DNA from: Gonapodya sp. JEL0774
Taxonomy: Eukaryota
Assembly: GCA_027604505.1 (NCBI GenBank)
Contig: JADIIX010000010.1
Location: forward strand, 124,001-188,000
Direction: 5' to 3'
Length of the DNA stretch: 64,000 bases
Below are positions 51,201-64,000 of this stretch, one piece after another. Position numbers and translations under genes: made by a program. Below the pieces are notes generated by a model. The model was not told the origin of the DNA. It worked only from the letters and a program-made list of their open reading frames with translations, and did no database searches. The stretch's first letter is position 1; each line of letters starts with the position of its first letter.

Positions 51201-54200
51201 ACGGACTCGGATGTCTGCGCTTCCTCTTGCTGGAATCGACACTGGTCCAGTGAGTGGCGCATTTGTTGCTCTCCAAAGTAGGTCGATTTTGAGAATTCTC
51301 TCCACGGCTGGTGAGTACAGAACTTCCACCGAAAATCTCGTCTCGTGATCCGCCAGGTTACGTACGGAAAACCAAGAGTCACAGGGTGGACTTTCAGGCG
51401 GTGCGACTGGATAAGTTAACCGTGGAAGAACAATTTCTCCATCGACAAGGCGATCAAGCTGAATCTGCAACGAAGCAACAGAATACAACAGGCGAAGAGT
51501 TGTCGTGCTACGAGAATTTCGTTCGTTTCTCAGCTTAATCTCCATTTCTTGTGGCCCCGACAAGTCAGAGCCCAGATTCCCAAGCACTAAACATGCATGC
51601 ACATTTGCAGAGCTTGATGACACAATTGTTCCACGCTCAACACCATCGAGGAATCTAACAGCATCACTCTTCAGTAACTCATAAACGAGAGGTAGATCGG
51701 ACTTGTTCCGAATGGTGAATGTAAATGGTACCTCGGACAAGCGACTCGCGTGCAAAAGCCCCAAATCAATGATTGAAGGCTCGATTTTCGAAAGTGAGAC
51801 GCCCCAGAGAGCTTGAAGGCCAACAACCTGAACGATCATCCCACTCTCTTTATCAAATAGAGCGAAAATCCCGCTCACGGAAACCGACTTCCCTCCAAGT
51901 AGCATTTGAATTTGTTCTGCTGTGAGATTTTCTGGATGCGGAGGTGTGAGCCGAACTACCAGCCTTCCGCGACTCTCCAACGTCATGGATGCCCCGCACG
52001 GCCGAAGAAGCGGTAAAGATTCGGATTGATTTAGAAATGCCTCGTGGTTGTTCTCTCCGTGAGATGGTTGCATCGGCTGCTGCGCTTCGCAAGTAATTTT
52101 TAGGTCTGAGAAAGGGGCAAGATTGAGCACTTGGTCAACAGCACTCTGAAACTCCACTGTCTTTCCCGGTCGCTTCGACGGAGGAGCATCATCGTCGATT
52201 TCCAAGAAGAATGATTCATCTGCGGACGGTGAAGACCTTATGTAAACAAAATTGAAATCCACCATCGAAATGAGTTGAGGAGACAATCGGTCTGAAGTGT
52301 CGGTGGCACTCGAAGGAACTCCAAAAGGAGTCGCTGTCATTAATCCAGGATCCACAAACAATCTGATTTCGACAAGAAGGACTTGCAAAGAATTGTGGAC
52401 ATTACGAATGATAATGCTAGGACGGTGAAATCCAAACGTCAGAGGCTTGAATGTAACCTCAACACTGGAGCTCGAGGACAGAGGTTCTTTATCATTTGTA
52501 GGTTGAAGTTCTCCAAAAGTCGAACTTAAAGTCAACTCCTCAGTTTCGCTCTCTGCACACCAAGAAGCCGGCAACTTCGAGATATTCGCAATCTTGAATA
52601 AACCTTTGAAGGCATTTCCTGGATTCTTAGAACGTCCAAAATCAATGATTGTAGAATCAAGAGCAATTCGTGACTCCCCAACGATCGCACTGAATCTCAG
52701 GGTCTGGTTTCCGACAACAAATGCTTCCCCAATATCATTGATCTGTAGTCAAGTAAAACTGCTGGTAAGACCATGAGAACAGCGCCAAACACCTTCAATT
52801 CATTTATATCGTACCTGCGTGTCAGCAAGGACTACAGAGAACCGCAAACCACCGACGACACTCCTCTCTCCAGCGATCTCACGATCTGTCATTTGCTTTG
52901 GTTGAAATGCCACATAAACTTCAGCATCTTTCGCCGCGCGAATTTTGAACTATGGGCACAAGAGGCATCAATAATTTAACCGAATATTATGCTGAATTTG
53001 AATTCCGTGGATTACCTCTTGAGCTTGAAATTCCAGATTGGCATCCTCAAAAACCAACAGCTGTGTCAAATTTGAAACAACGGACACTGCAACATCGTCG
53101 TTGGAAATATTAGATATTCGCAATCTCATCGACTTGCTGAATCGCTTCGTCGGGTCCGCGTAACAAACGCCGAAATCAAGTTCGTTTGATGGAAAGTCGG
53201 GGAAGGCCAAGTATGAACCCAGAACCGCATGATAGTGAAAGCTTACTGTGGAGATAGACGACGAAGGCCAACTGTAAATGCTCAGGGCAAATGTTTTCGG
53301 GCCAACCACGTTTGGAACGAGAACGAAGTCCACACGCTTGGATTCGCCGGGTTCGATATTACCAGATGTTTCAGCAAAGGTGCATTCCGTCGGAATATCA
53401 TGAAGAAGGAGTTCCCAGTCAAGATGGACTTTGCGATCATTTCGAAGGGTGAAATAGGCATCCTTTCTCTGATGCACCTCCAGTCGCTTCAAATCAACCG
53501 TTGGTGCAACCAGCGTGATGCTGCCCAGATTGCTCGCAGCCGCCAAATCTTCGGCCAGGGGGGCAGTAACAACTTGTTGCGATTGATGCAAAGGCCGTGT
53601 TGAGTACTCTCCCCAACGTGGGAATCTGACAGTGGCACGAAATCCCACTCGCTTTTCTTCGTCGGCGTTTCTGCGCTCCCGAACATACACTGTGCCTTGG
53701 CAGGAGTCGGTCAAGGAGAGAAAGGTTCGACGAATCAATCTTCCAGTCTTAGCTTGGGGATTTGCAACAGCCTGGAAGAACACATGCACAGTCCATGCTC
53801 CACGGGGTTCAACCTCCTTGAGTATACCATAAGGGGTCCTCTTGAGTTGCACTGTAGGCTGCAAGCACGGAGGTCATGAATGAATGCCTTGCAATAACAA
53901 AAACCTTGTGAAATACCGAAGTCACCTGCTTTGTGACAACATCATCTTCCCGCTTCTCAATTCCTTCTTCTGAAAACTTCTCATCTACTCGGCCAGACCG
54001 AATAAGTTCAATTTTCGCTGATATAAGCTGAACCTGTTGACGAGTTCAAAAATTGTCCCGTTTGCGTTGAGGAAGACGGGATTCCTCAAAAATACTCACT
54101 TTGTCAGATTGCCCTTTGCGTTCAGCAATTTTGTGCTTTTGCTGCAACGTCTCCAGTTCCTCCAATTGCGTCGGAGTCAAGTTGTGAACACCCTTCGTTG

Positions 54201-57200
54201 ACGAGAATCCCTGAGTTGTGGTCTCGGTCACTTCTTCAAATCGTAACTCGACAGTGTAACTCTCGAAAGACAACTCTCGAGGGTCCGAATAAATTTCGAA
54301 CACGCGAGCCTTCCAACGATAGTGGAAGTGAGCGATGATCAAGCCAGTGGACCTTGGCAAAGAGTCTCACCTTGTGTGACGTGTTAGTGACAGTCAGTGT
54401 CTGAGACTGACTTGCTTCATTGAGGTTGCACAAGCCAAAATCAAGATGTTCTGTCTCTAAAGCGAAATTTGGTGGTTTTTTTACAAACGCTTTCACAAGA
54501 AACGCATGCGAGTCCTGATGGGAAAAAACTTCCAAACTACGAACAATGATTCTTATCCATTGCGAATGCTCCACCTACCTCAGAGTCTAACACATTCTCC
54601 ACAATGAGCCTCTCTTGAAAAGACCCGGCCAGCGATGGTGAAAACTCAAATGTTATCTCTCTTCGTCCAAAACTCCTGATAATTCCATATCGTCCGTCAG
54701 GAGCAACAACAAGATCGGCGCTACTTATTGAGCCAGATCTACGAATGGCAAAAATCGCTGGTACTTCACATCGATTGAAAAGCACTAATGCAATGTCGGA
54801 GAATAAATGGAGAGATCACCATCAAGCATGTGACATGTGACACTAACCAATTGTTTTTTGGCGTTTCTGGCCCCTCTCAATTGCTCCAAAGTTGAAGTGA
54901 AGTTGGCCAAGATCAATTGACGATCTTGTCACATTGGAACGCACAAGGAGCTCTCGAACTGGGGGTGGATGGTCACCGTGAATGAATTGCTCGAAGCCAT
55001 CCGCTGTTATGCCCTTTCGAAAGCGGACCATTCGCACCAAGAGCTTGAAATCCTTCCTCTGCTTAGCCTTGCTATGATCAGCTGATGGTCGCCCAGTCGC
55101 GTTTAGCATCAAAACAATTCTGCGAGTCTGTCGAGCACCAAGTGTGACATGCGTCAAGGGCACCAGTATCTTTTGCTCCAGCGCTTGACCAAGATCTCTT
55201 CGCAATGAAATCAGAAGTCGAGCGTACTGTTCTTCGGAAGAGCCGTTTGGGAAGACAGGCAGGGATCCACCTACCACACTCTCATATTGTGCTAGTACCA
55301 CATCGATCGGCTTTGAAGGGTAGGTGCCCACCATCGTGACAGTCGGGTCGGCAAGGTTGGAAATTGCCTTTCTTGACCCATCCATCAAAGTTGAGTCCAA
55401 TCTGGCATTGGTTCGCTGCAACCCAGGCTCAACTTTCGTATATGAGTCCAATGACCTTCTAAACTCACATGTGAAGAATCCCATTGAATGCCCTGGGTCG
55501 AGGCCCCACTAATACCTCTATCATTGCCGTCAAAACCATGCTTGTTCCTAAGCTCCACAATTTCAGGAGCTACTGTCGTTTGTTTCGGACGTCGCACTCG
55601 CGCGAGATCGAGCCAGGCTATAGAGCTAGTTGCCTTCTTCCTCTTCATGAGCGCTCCTCGGGACACCGTCGGTAATGCCGCAAGTTTTGCGATATTCCGA
55701 CTCCTATTGTCTGCCACACTTTCGAGGAATGATTCTGCTCGTTCTCGTCGGGAGGAGGCACCTTCATCAGCCACCGAATTGATTGAAAGTGGCGATAAAT
55801 CCACTGCTGACTCGCTTGCCTCCCTTGGATCAAGAGCGGTCACAGCGGCTCCATTTATGAGTTGCGTTTGCTCCTACCAAAGATACACAAGAGGGATCAG
55901 CGATCAGTTGCAATGCTAGATCGTCCACAGTGAGGTAGTACCTGCATTGCTGCCTGATCTCTGATCGAGACCACCGCTCGTGGATTGCTTGGAACTTCCC
56001 AGAGTGTCAGTTCCGGCCCGCTGGAAGACAGCGCAAGTGCAAGATCTCCATCTGAAACATTTTCAATTGGGAGTTGTATGATGCTCGGACAGTTCGCCAC
56101 CACCTTCAAACCAATTAAAATTTGGATAAAACCTTCTGTGGTCAGTCCATAGCCATCACCACAAGGTCTCACCAAGCCGAAATCCAAAAAATTTGCCCCC
56201 ATCGGAGTTACTAAGCGGTAGAACAAACTGTGAAAAGTTATCCGATGCCGATCTACGTTTTGGGCTTTCACTTCCAGTGTATGTCGGTCTGAAGGATTTC
56301 GAAGATTCACCACTGTCACCTGTCATGACAGAAAGAAGAGTTGGTTGATGTGCCCTCTTCCGAAAATCGACGAACACACCTGCTTTCTGTATTCTGGGTT
56401 AGGTTTTCGTGGGAATATTTCGAGTCGTATGGCTTCCGTCTGTTGTGGTGGAACTTCCACCGGACCAACTGGTCCACTGAGGACCTTCGAGACGAATTGA
56501 AGCTCAACATAAGCCTAAACGGACACTGAAGGGTTGAATCAAATGGTGACGTAAATGTGACGCATTCAACAAACCGTTACATCAGAACGGTTCCGCACAA
56601 ATATAGGGAGTCCCTTCAACATGTTAAGGTCAGATTCTCCGAAATGAAGTTCTCTAGGAGAAACTTCAATGAGCGATGTGCATGCTCGAGCTTTGCAGTG
56701 AATCAATTTCCTCTCTTTCAACGAGGGATCCCGCATAGACGTTGTGGACAATACCATAGTGAACGCCCGCCGAGTTAATCGATTGCCAGTTGGTTCGGGC
56801 TCCGCACGGTACCAAATCTCCACTACACGATCGGAGATCGGGGCTAAATGGAGATCTTCAATGCGTGCCCTGGATTCATCAAGTTGAGATATATTCCTAT
56901 CCAGGCAATCCCCAGGCCCTGATCCAGGAAGTCGATTTTCATCACGGTCTTCATGTAAAGAACGCTCGATGTCTCTTTCGGACGTTGAAATGTTTTTGTT
57001 TGCTCTCATCACTGCTGCGTCAAAATCGACAGTGTTCCAGTTTCCGATGTGCTCAATTGACCGATGGTCAATCTTACTCGAGCCCAATCCCTCGAATTGG
57101 AGCGTCACCATTACTTGTCCCGTTTGGCCTACTTGTTCGGCCTCGAAGTGCACGTCCAGTGGAGCTTCCGTAGGGTTTCGAACTGCAAGAGTTTGCCTTG

Positions 57201-58805
57201 CCCACATTCCCGCGACACAATCACCAAAGTCAAGTGCCTGTGCAGACAGAGCAATTATATCCGCTTGACTTCGATCTTTGACCCAAGCGCGCACAGGCAG
57301 TTGATCAATATTACGGCTATCGCGAACATTCTCCACCTCCAAGAGCAATTTATGTTCGCCAACCAATCTTGGCTTAAAAGTAACGCGCACTCGCCTATGA
57401 GAATAAGCAGGGATGGGCTTTTGTGCCTCGCCAGGACGTATCTCGTCCAGCATACTGTCATAATCGGTGAATTTGAACCACGCAATCCGGTCATGCCGAT
57501 TATCGAGATCAATCAGATTGATGGACCAGAAAAGCGTGATTTCAGACTTTGCGCAATACCAAAATATTTATTGAGTCCAAGATTCGGGAGGTGGAATGGA
57601 GTAGTGTCACTAAACAATTCACAAAATGTGATGACTTGAACCAAACCTTGTTAGTAACAGTGAAGTCCCTAAAGTATGAGACAGAGCCAGCAACACAATC
57701 TTGAAACTGTAGGCCCTTTCCGGCGACATCCACAGTGAGTAGTGATCTACAGCATTTCGCACGAAACTTGACCGACATCTGGTAATCTGGTGCCCTTTTG
57801 GGTTCCATTTGCACTGAGAACGAGTCACTTTGCTGCGAACCAACATCGTTGATGAGCGGGTCATCGGTAGCGTCCACGGCGGCGAAGAAGCGTTTTGGGG
57901 TCATGCCAACTGGGTCCCATGATGATTCCTGGCCATAAATGAGTGCGAGGTACGCAAACTGATTTGTTGCACAAAGTTGACGGTCAAAATATTTGGTACT
58001 CACTGAAAATGAATCACCATTGCGATCTTTTGACGACAAACGATATGCGAAGAAGAACAACAACCCGTTCACATCAACGAAGTCCGTGGGTCCACTACCA
58101 GATTCAGCGTCAGTATCCCGTATTTTCTCAGGATCGTTATCTCTTTTCGCAGATCCCGTGTTTTGTTGGTGGATATCAGGGAGGAACAACAGAAATACTG
58201 GGCGGGTTTCACCCGGTTTCAGCACCACCTCCGAAACGTTATCGACAAGGTTGTACAAAGGGTTGAAGCTGCTATCTTGAGGTATGATCTCGACAAAAGT
58301 TGGAAGTGGTGGATTGGTTCCTCCTGTCAGATGTGCAGGCATTGACGAAGGAGATGTGGCTCGACGTACTCCGAAGGGTGACCTCGCGAAAGCTCTCGCA
58401 AACGCCTGCGAGATATCTGTTGAGACTCGATCACTTTCCACGGTGGTAAGCGATAACCGTTGCTGTGGTGTCTCTGTGGGAATTGCCGACTCTACTGTCT
58501 CTACCATCGCCTTCTCATGACCTTTAACTCCCCCTGCAACGTCCTCCGATTCAACATTTTCATTAAAAAGCTGAAATGTGATTTGGCCTCCTAAATTGGT
58601 CTTCAGCTGGACCAGAATCGAATCGTGGGGGCTGTTGTTCCTGACCAGGAAGCGACGAAGGTAATGTGCACCGTTGACATACTTTCAGAGCAAAACGAGA
58701 TTAGGGCATGCGCGGATTTCCTCAATTGACTTCGAATCAGGAGCTTACCACATTATCGAGCACTAGTCGGTGAGGCAAGCTCGCTTCAAGGATAGGAAGA
58801 GCCAT
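48250..58805 (-). CDS. Giant (roughly 3000 aa) uncharacterised protein with repeated ASH/PapD-like beta-sandwich modules
   Basis: Consecutive same-strand exons with GT-AG introns from MALPILEASLPHRLVLDNV to IQTVIL*; recurrent L(D/H)FG...(V/I)xN motifs (LDFGDCVAG, LHFGESDL, LDFGLCNL, LDFGVCYAD). Confidence 0.7.
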
Positions 58806-59028
58806 CCTAGGAACTTCTCCTGCTGGTTCCTCTTCATGAACGATTTAGTGCTCCCTAAGATCTCCAGCTTATGCGTGCAGCAGAAAGCAGCGCTGTCGTG
58901 TTTGCGAAAATGTGAAAGGTTGATCACCCAGTTGTTCCGTGCATCCTTCTATACCATGTCACATTCGAACGGTACGTACACTTGAGGTAAGGCCAACAAA
59001 ACTGCTTATACAAAAGTGCGGAGAAACC

Positions 59029-60507
59029 TCATTCTCCCGATCCGCGATCAAAGCACCCTTCAACAACCTTCTCAACTCCAAGCACCCTTGCTACTTGCAC
59101 TACGTCGCTCCAGAAGCGAAAACTCATCGCAAAGTCTGCTCTTTCCTGGTCACTCCATCCCTCAAATACACCACTTGCAACAGCAGCCTCCACACATGCC
59201 CTCCGTCCTTCCTCGTGGTCACAACCCACAAGGATCTGCCTCATCCGGGATGCGAGTTCCACTCGAGCCTCCGGCCACCGTGCAAGATTGGGCAATGCGG
59301 GAGAAGATGCTGGCCGAGGGCGTGAAGGAGAGGATGAGGACTTGCACAATATGCTGCAAAATCGAGAAAGCAAAGTTACGCGATGCCTATCTAGGGTTTG
59401 ATTTTGAAGGGTAACTACGAGCTCTGAGACAGTGGCGGGTAGTGGCATCTCTGGAAGAGATGGTTTAGGGCGAGGTGGAGTTATAGGACTGGAGGAGCCA
59501 ATAGATGGAGAAGACGAGGTGCGGGAGCGAGTGACGGATAAAGAAGGAGACGTTTGAGATTGAGATTCCATAGAAGCATGAACGGTCGATATTCCGCGAG
59601 GTGCATCCGCTTTGCCTATCACGAGAGGAATTTGTTGTGATAAGCTTAGAGGCGGAACTGCAGATGAGTAAGACGTTATTTGCCGAAGGGGCAGTGGAGG
59701 CACGGACTGGATAAGTGATCGTTATGAGAGTAATCTCGCGCGATAGCTTCATCAACAAACAAAGAATGTACCTTCTCACTTTCTCGTGGTGGGATAGGGG
59801 GAAATGATCCGACCTGGGAAGATCCGGTACTTGCCAATCCCGTGTCCGGAGAGCTATTTGGACCTCCCGCTATCGACGAGCGACTCGGTAGACGAGGGTG
59901 CTCTTGTGGAGTGGATCGAGAGGGTGCCGACAAGTGGGAACTCGGAAACCCGACTTTGGCAGAGTTCTGTGGGCGCCGCAGCAAGGTTGAGGTGCGGCGA
60001 CGAAGGCGTGTCCATTGACGGCGTCTACGACGTATTGAAAAGAGTAACAAACTTGCGGTGGTGATGAAGATGAACCGACACAGCTCACCTCAGAACGGAA
60101 GTTATGTTGGGTGCTGAGGTGAACCGCCCGTCGGGGGAGTTTGCTTTGGCGTTTTTATAAAGCAACAACTATGGTTAGATTGCTGACAGTAGTGCGCTGC
60201 CTCGTCGGACTCGCGGAAATATTGCTTGACCTCCGTTAATTTACAGCCGCCGCAACTCACCGTAAGTCCAACCTTCGTGAGCGTTTTGCTCAACTGTAGA
60301 CCCATCTATACGTTTAATGAGCCACGGGCTGGACCATTCGAACCCCTCCTCACACGGGTCAGAGCGGTCCGGTGCCAAAGTCGGGGTTCCAGAGATGTCG
60401 CACCACGCCGGTGGGTCACGATGCGAGAGCGAGAATGGCGAAAATCCCTTGACAATGTCCCCGCGCTGGTATTCCCAAATCAGTGGGGCGTTGGGATCTT
60501 CATTCAT
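59029..60507 (-). CDS. Dysferlin (DysF/Pex24p-type) domain protein with Ser/Pro-rich linker and helical C-terminus
   Basis: Exon 1 WEYQR...DPPAWCDISG...EGFEWSSPW...EGWTYG (DysF-N); spliced VLRRRQWTRLRRR (DysF-C). Confidence 0.72.
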
Positions 60508-60592
60508 AGATTATAGAATTTTGGGAGGCTTCTGCGCACGGTATATCAGAGTAACTCGATAACGAGTCCACCAATAGAACCCTTCACTGAAC

Positions 60593-62309
60593 ATGGCCTT
60601 TTCATTTGGACAAACATCAATGACAACGACAGCAGCCACGCCATCCTTGTTTGGAGCCCCCGCGGCGACTGCGTCTTCATCTCTGTTCAGCTTCCCATCT
60701 GCGTCTGCTGCACCTGTCCCTCAACAAACGGCACCCTCTGGCGGATTTTCGCTTGCGGTGTGAGGCGTGGAACATAAATTCGACTAAGAATTCGGAGGAA
60801 ACGAGACATTCACGGCTCTCATGTTAGAAGCAACCCACAACCACAACCTCCATCCGCGCCGACCCCTTTACAACTGGCCTACTCCAATGTTAGGTAGGAG
60901 TAGCTCATGCGGATGATTCTCATGCCTTCGGACTCTGAGATGACCTACCTGTTCTTGCATGTGTGGTGGTTGGGGGGGGGGGGGCACTGAACGTTTGTCG
61001 AAGGCAGTCCAAAGACAAGATTTGGAGACCTCCCAGACGACGAATTCAAGAAGTTTATGCTTGAGGTGGCGTGAGTTGAGCCGCTCTTTCTGTGCCGGTC
61101 GTCACCGATTTACCGTGGTTGTCACACGCACTATTAGAGATATCATCCGTAAGAACGAAGAAATGTATGCCGAAATTGTTGGAGCGAAAGTGGGCTCAGA
61201 ACTGGACACTCTGGCGCAGGAGAGAAAAGAATTGGCAAAAGTGCGTCCTTTCATGAATGCATGCAATTGCCGAGACGGAAGATTCCTTAATTTACCGGGT
61301 CCCTCTTATTGATTGGATTCGTTGATACTCATTCCGTCATGCATCGCAAACTTTTCGCAAACTTTGTCCTCTAGAAACTTTCTTCACTCAAGACCTTCCT
61401 CGAATCCGATCTCGGTGCGATCGAAACAATCAAAGATAGGAACGCTCGCGAATATCGCTCGGCCGAGCAAGCAGGTCGATTCGTCGATCGGTTGCAAGGA
61501 GACCCTACACGAGCCGGCGTTGGTGCAGGCTTAACAGTGGGCGACTTCACTATGGAGTTCTTCGCGGAGTTGGTGAAGAGCTTCGAAGAGCGCATCAGAT
61601 ATTACAGGCAATCGGTGGAGGTGAGCTTCATTCATGCTATTTCCCCTTAGGGCGCTCTCGCACACATATACTTTCCGTTTTCTGGAAGGATCTTGAAAAG
61701 AATGTCAGTTCCATGACGCGCACATCACAACTAGATCCGCGACGTGAGTCTCAATGTGATCCCAAAATTTGAACTCAGCGTCTCTCCCGCACTCACTTCA
61801 GTTTGGATTCAAGTTACGCTCCAGGATACTATTCGGGCCCAGTATGAGTCGTTCCTCTACCTGGCCTCACGTGTCGCAGGAGTACATGACGAAATCCGGC
61901 GTGCGGCGGAACAATACAAACTGTGGAGAGCCAGGCGGATGCGGGTCGACATTCGGGGACCGGGTGGTTTTGGCCGTAAGTTGACGGGTCAGAATGAGGA
62001 ACCTGGAAAAGGCTCCGTGGATGTGTGCCCAGCTCCAATCTGACATTGTCTGATATTCACCCCTTCCCTCTTTTAGCTGATGTATCAGTGGATGACCTGC
62101 GTGCATTCGCACGGCAATCCGCACTTGTTCAGCACCAGGGGGCCTCGCAGCAGCAGCCCGGCGGCGCTGGTCTGTTTGGTGCATCAACAGCACCTTCAGG
62201 TGGTGGGCTCTTCGGAACATCTGCCAGTCAAGCTGGATCTGTCGGACTATTTGGAGGCTTTGGTGGAGTTGGTCAAACTGGGGCGGGTACCAAAAAGAAG
62301 CGTACATGA
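60593..62309 (+). CDS. FG-repeat nucleoporin Nup49/Nup58 family
   Basis: N-terminal FSFG/SLFG and C-terminal GLFG repeats flank coiled coils (FFAELVKSFEERIRYYRQSVE; QYESFLYLASRVAGVHDEI). Confidence 0.8.
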
Positions 62310-62360
62310 ACTGCATGACATCTAAATATAAAGGATTGTACTTGGAACAATCAGAACCTG

Positions 62361-64000
62361 ATGATGACAACGAATGGCACAGCATCACTGCTATCTGGAC
62401 GACAAGCGGACGAGCTGTAAGCGTGCTCTCATCGATCGCAGCGGCGTCTCGGTCGCGCGATTCGACTATCCTTCTTCTTTCCCGCCGCCGTTCCCTCGGC
62501 ACCCCGTAACCACAAACAACCCATAACAAATACGCATCCACAACTTCAACGCGACCTGCAACGCTCTATCATGATGGCGCTTCTTTCATCAATCGATTCT
62601 GTGCTTTCGTGTCATGGCCGTAAGACGGCTTGCAATACTTGACTATCTTCACACTTCTGGACTGAAAGCTTCATTTGAGGCATTAAAAGATGAAACAGGA
62701 GTTTTGGATTACAATTCGGACGGTAAACAAAAATACTCAGGGCTGCTGGAGAAGAAATGGACGTCAGTCATCCGACTACAGAGGAAGGTGACTGGAATCA
62801 AAGCGTCCACATCGCAACCAGTCGTGATCCCTGACATGACCTCTCTGCGTTAAATCCTCACTGATGTCGATTGTGAATGTGAAACTCTGGTGTCAAGGTC
62901 ATGGACTTGGAGACCAAAGTCACCAACCTCCAAGAAGAACTCTCAGCGGGACCTACAAAGAAATCCACGAACTCGACTGATTGGATTCCTCGCCCCCCCG
63001 AACGACATATTCTAACCGGTCACCGGAGTCCTGTGACTCGGGTTGCTTTCCACCCCACGTACACCACAATAGTTTCTGCAAGTGAGGATGCCACCATCAA
63101 AGTGTGGGACTGCGGTGGGTTGAGCACGCAATGGCGCAGACTGAGGACGGGATTTCCGGAGATAGCAGACTGTTAGCTGAATTCTTTGTCTTCACTTTTT
63201 CGCCCATGAATCGTTTCAAAGAAACCGGCGAGTTTGAGAGAACATTGAAAGGACATACCAAAGCAGTTCAGGATGTGCGCTTCGACCCAAAAGGAACGTT
63301 GCTAGGTAAGGGAAACAGTCTGAATTGGCAAAACTCCTTGCGCGCTAATGCGCTTCGAACAAATGGACACATTCCACCCATCCGAACTTCCCACTCAGCA
63401 TCCTGCTCTATTGATCTCACTATCAAACTCTGGGATGTTCCGAATGGATACACTAACACCCGCACGTTGGTTGGTCATGATCATTCCATTTCGTCCATCT
63501 GCTTTCTTCCTGCAGGCGATTTTCTGATCTCAGCAAGCCGCGATAAGACGGTTCGCCTTTGGGAGGTTGCATCAGGATACGGCGTAAAGCGGCTGGAAGG
63601 GCATGGAGACTGGGTGCGAGATGCAGAGTGTTCAGCAGATGGGAAACTCGTTGTCAGCTGCTCCAATGACCAGGTGAGGTCCTCCTTCTGCATTGACTTG
63701 CTTTATCAGCCAGATTTAATTCTCAGATTGTTGTTTTTCTAACGACCAGACTATTCGTATCTGGGACTTTGCTACCGGGGAGTGTAAGGCTGATTTGCGA
63801 GACCATGAGCACGTTGTTGAGTGTGCAGTGTTTGCGCCGGTTGCCGCCAACCCTGTTCTCCGGGAACTTGCAGGTGTGAAGTCTCCGAACGTGAGTTTAC
63901 TTCGATGATTCGAATTTGAGCCAATACGTCCGTTGTGTTCTTTTCTTTGTTGACAGCCGTCCTCCCAACTTCTCCCTCTAACATCAGGGTACTGATCAAC
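62361..64000 (+). CDS. PAC1: LIS1/NudF/Pac1 dynein regulator (LisH + WD40), truncated by window end
   Basis: [10 protein letters not shown]|..LAILDYL Lis[49 protein letters not shown]40 repeats. Confidence 0.95.

Noticed and set aside
60972..60984. Poly-G run
   Set aside because: A simple intronic homopolymer with no further structure.

Overview
Gene-dense, intron-rich eukaryotic genomic DNA with short GT-AG introns and several micro-exons. The gene content is fungal (PacC/Rim101, Irc21-like cytochrome b5, Psk1/Ypk3-like kinase) but includes centriole-associated CEP44 and PPP4R4, which points to an early-diverging zoosporic (chytrid-grade) fungus; this is an inference. About 20 spliced protein-coding genes were reconstructed by eye, in order: MtnA/MRI1, NADP-dependent alkenal reductase, FUN14, peroxisomal thiolase, PacC/Rim101, Trf4-like poly(A) polymerase, ELF1, CEP44, PPP4R4, transketolase, a nucleotidyltransferase-like + ankyrin protein, an S6K-like AGC kinase, an ACAD10/11-type phosphotransferase, a C2H2 transcription factor, Irc21-like cytochrome b5, FHIT/Hnt2, a giant protein with repeated ASH/Ig-like modules, a DysF protein, Nup49/Nup58 and LIS1/NudF (truncated). 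No tRNA, rRNA, CRISPR array or transposon could be supported. The most notable items are an uncharacterised Pol-beta-like nucleotidyltransferase fused to ankyrin repeats, a bacterial-type MtnA carrying introns (candidate HGT), a perfect inverted pair of PacC sites upstream of pacC itself, the giant uncharacterised protein, and an unexplained 1.5 kb gap with a strong hairpin and a telomere-template-like motif. CDS coordinates span first to last exon; family assignments come from recalled motifs, not database searches.
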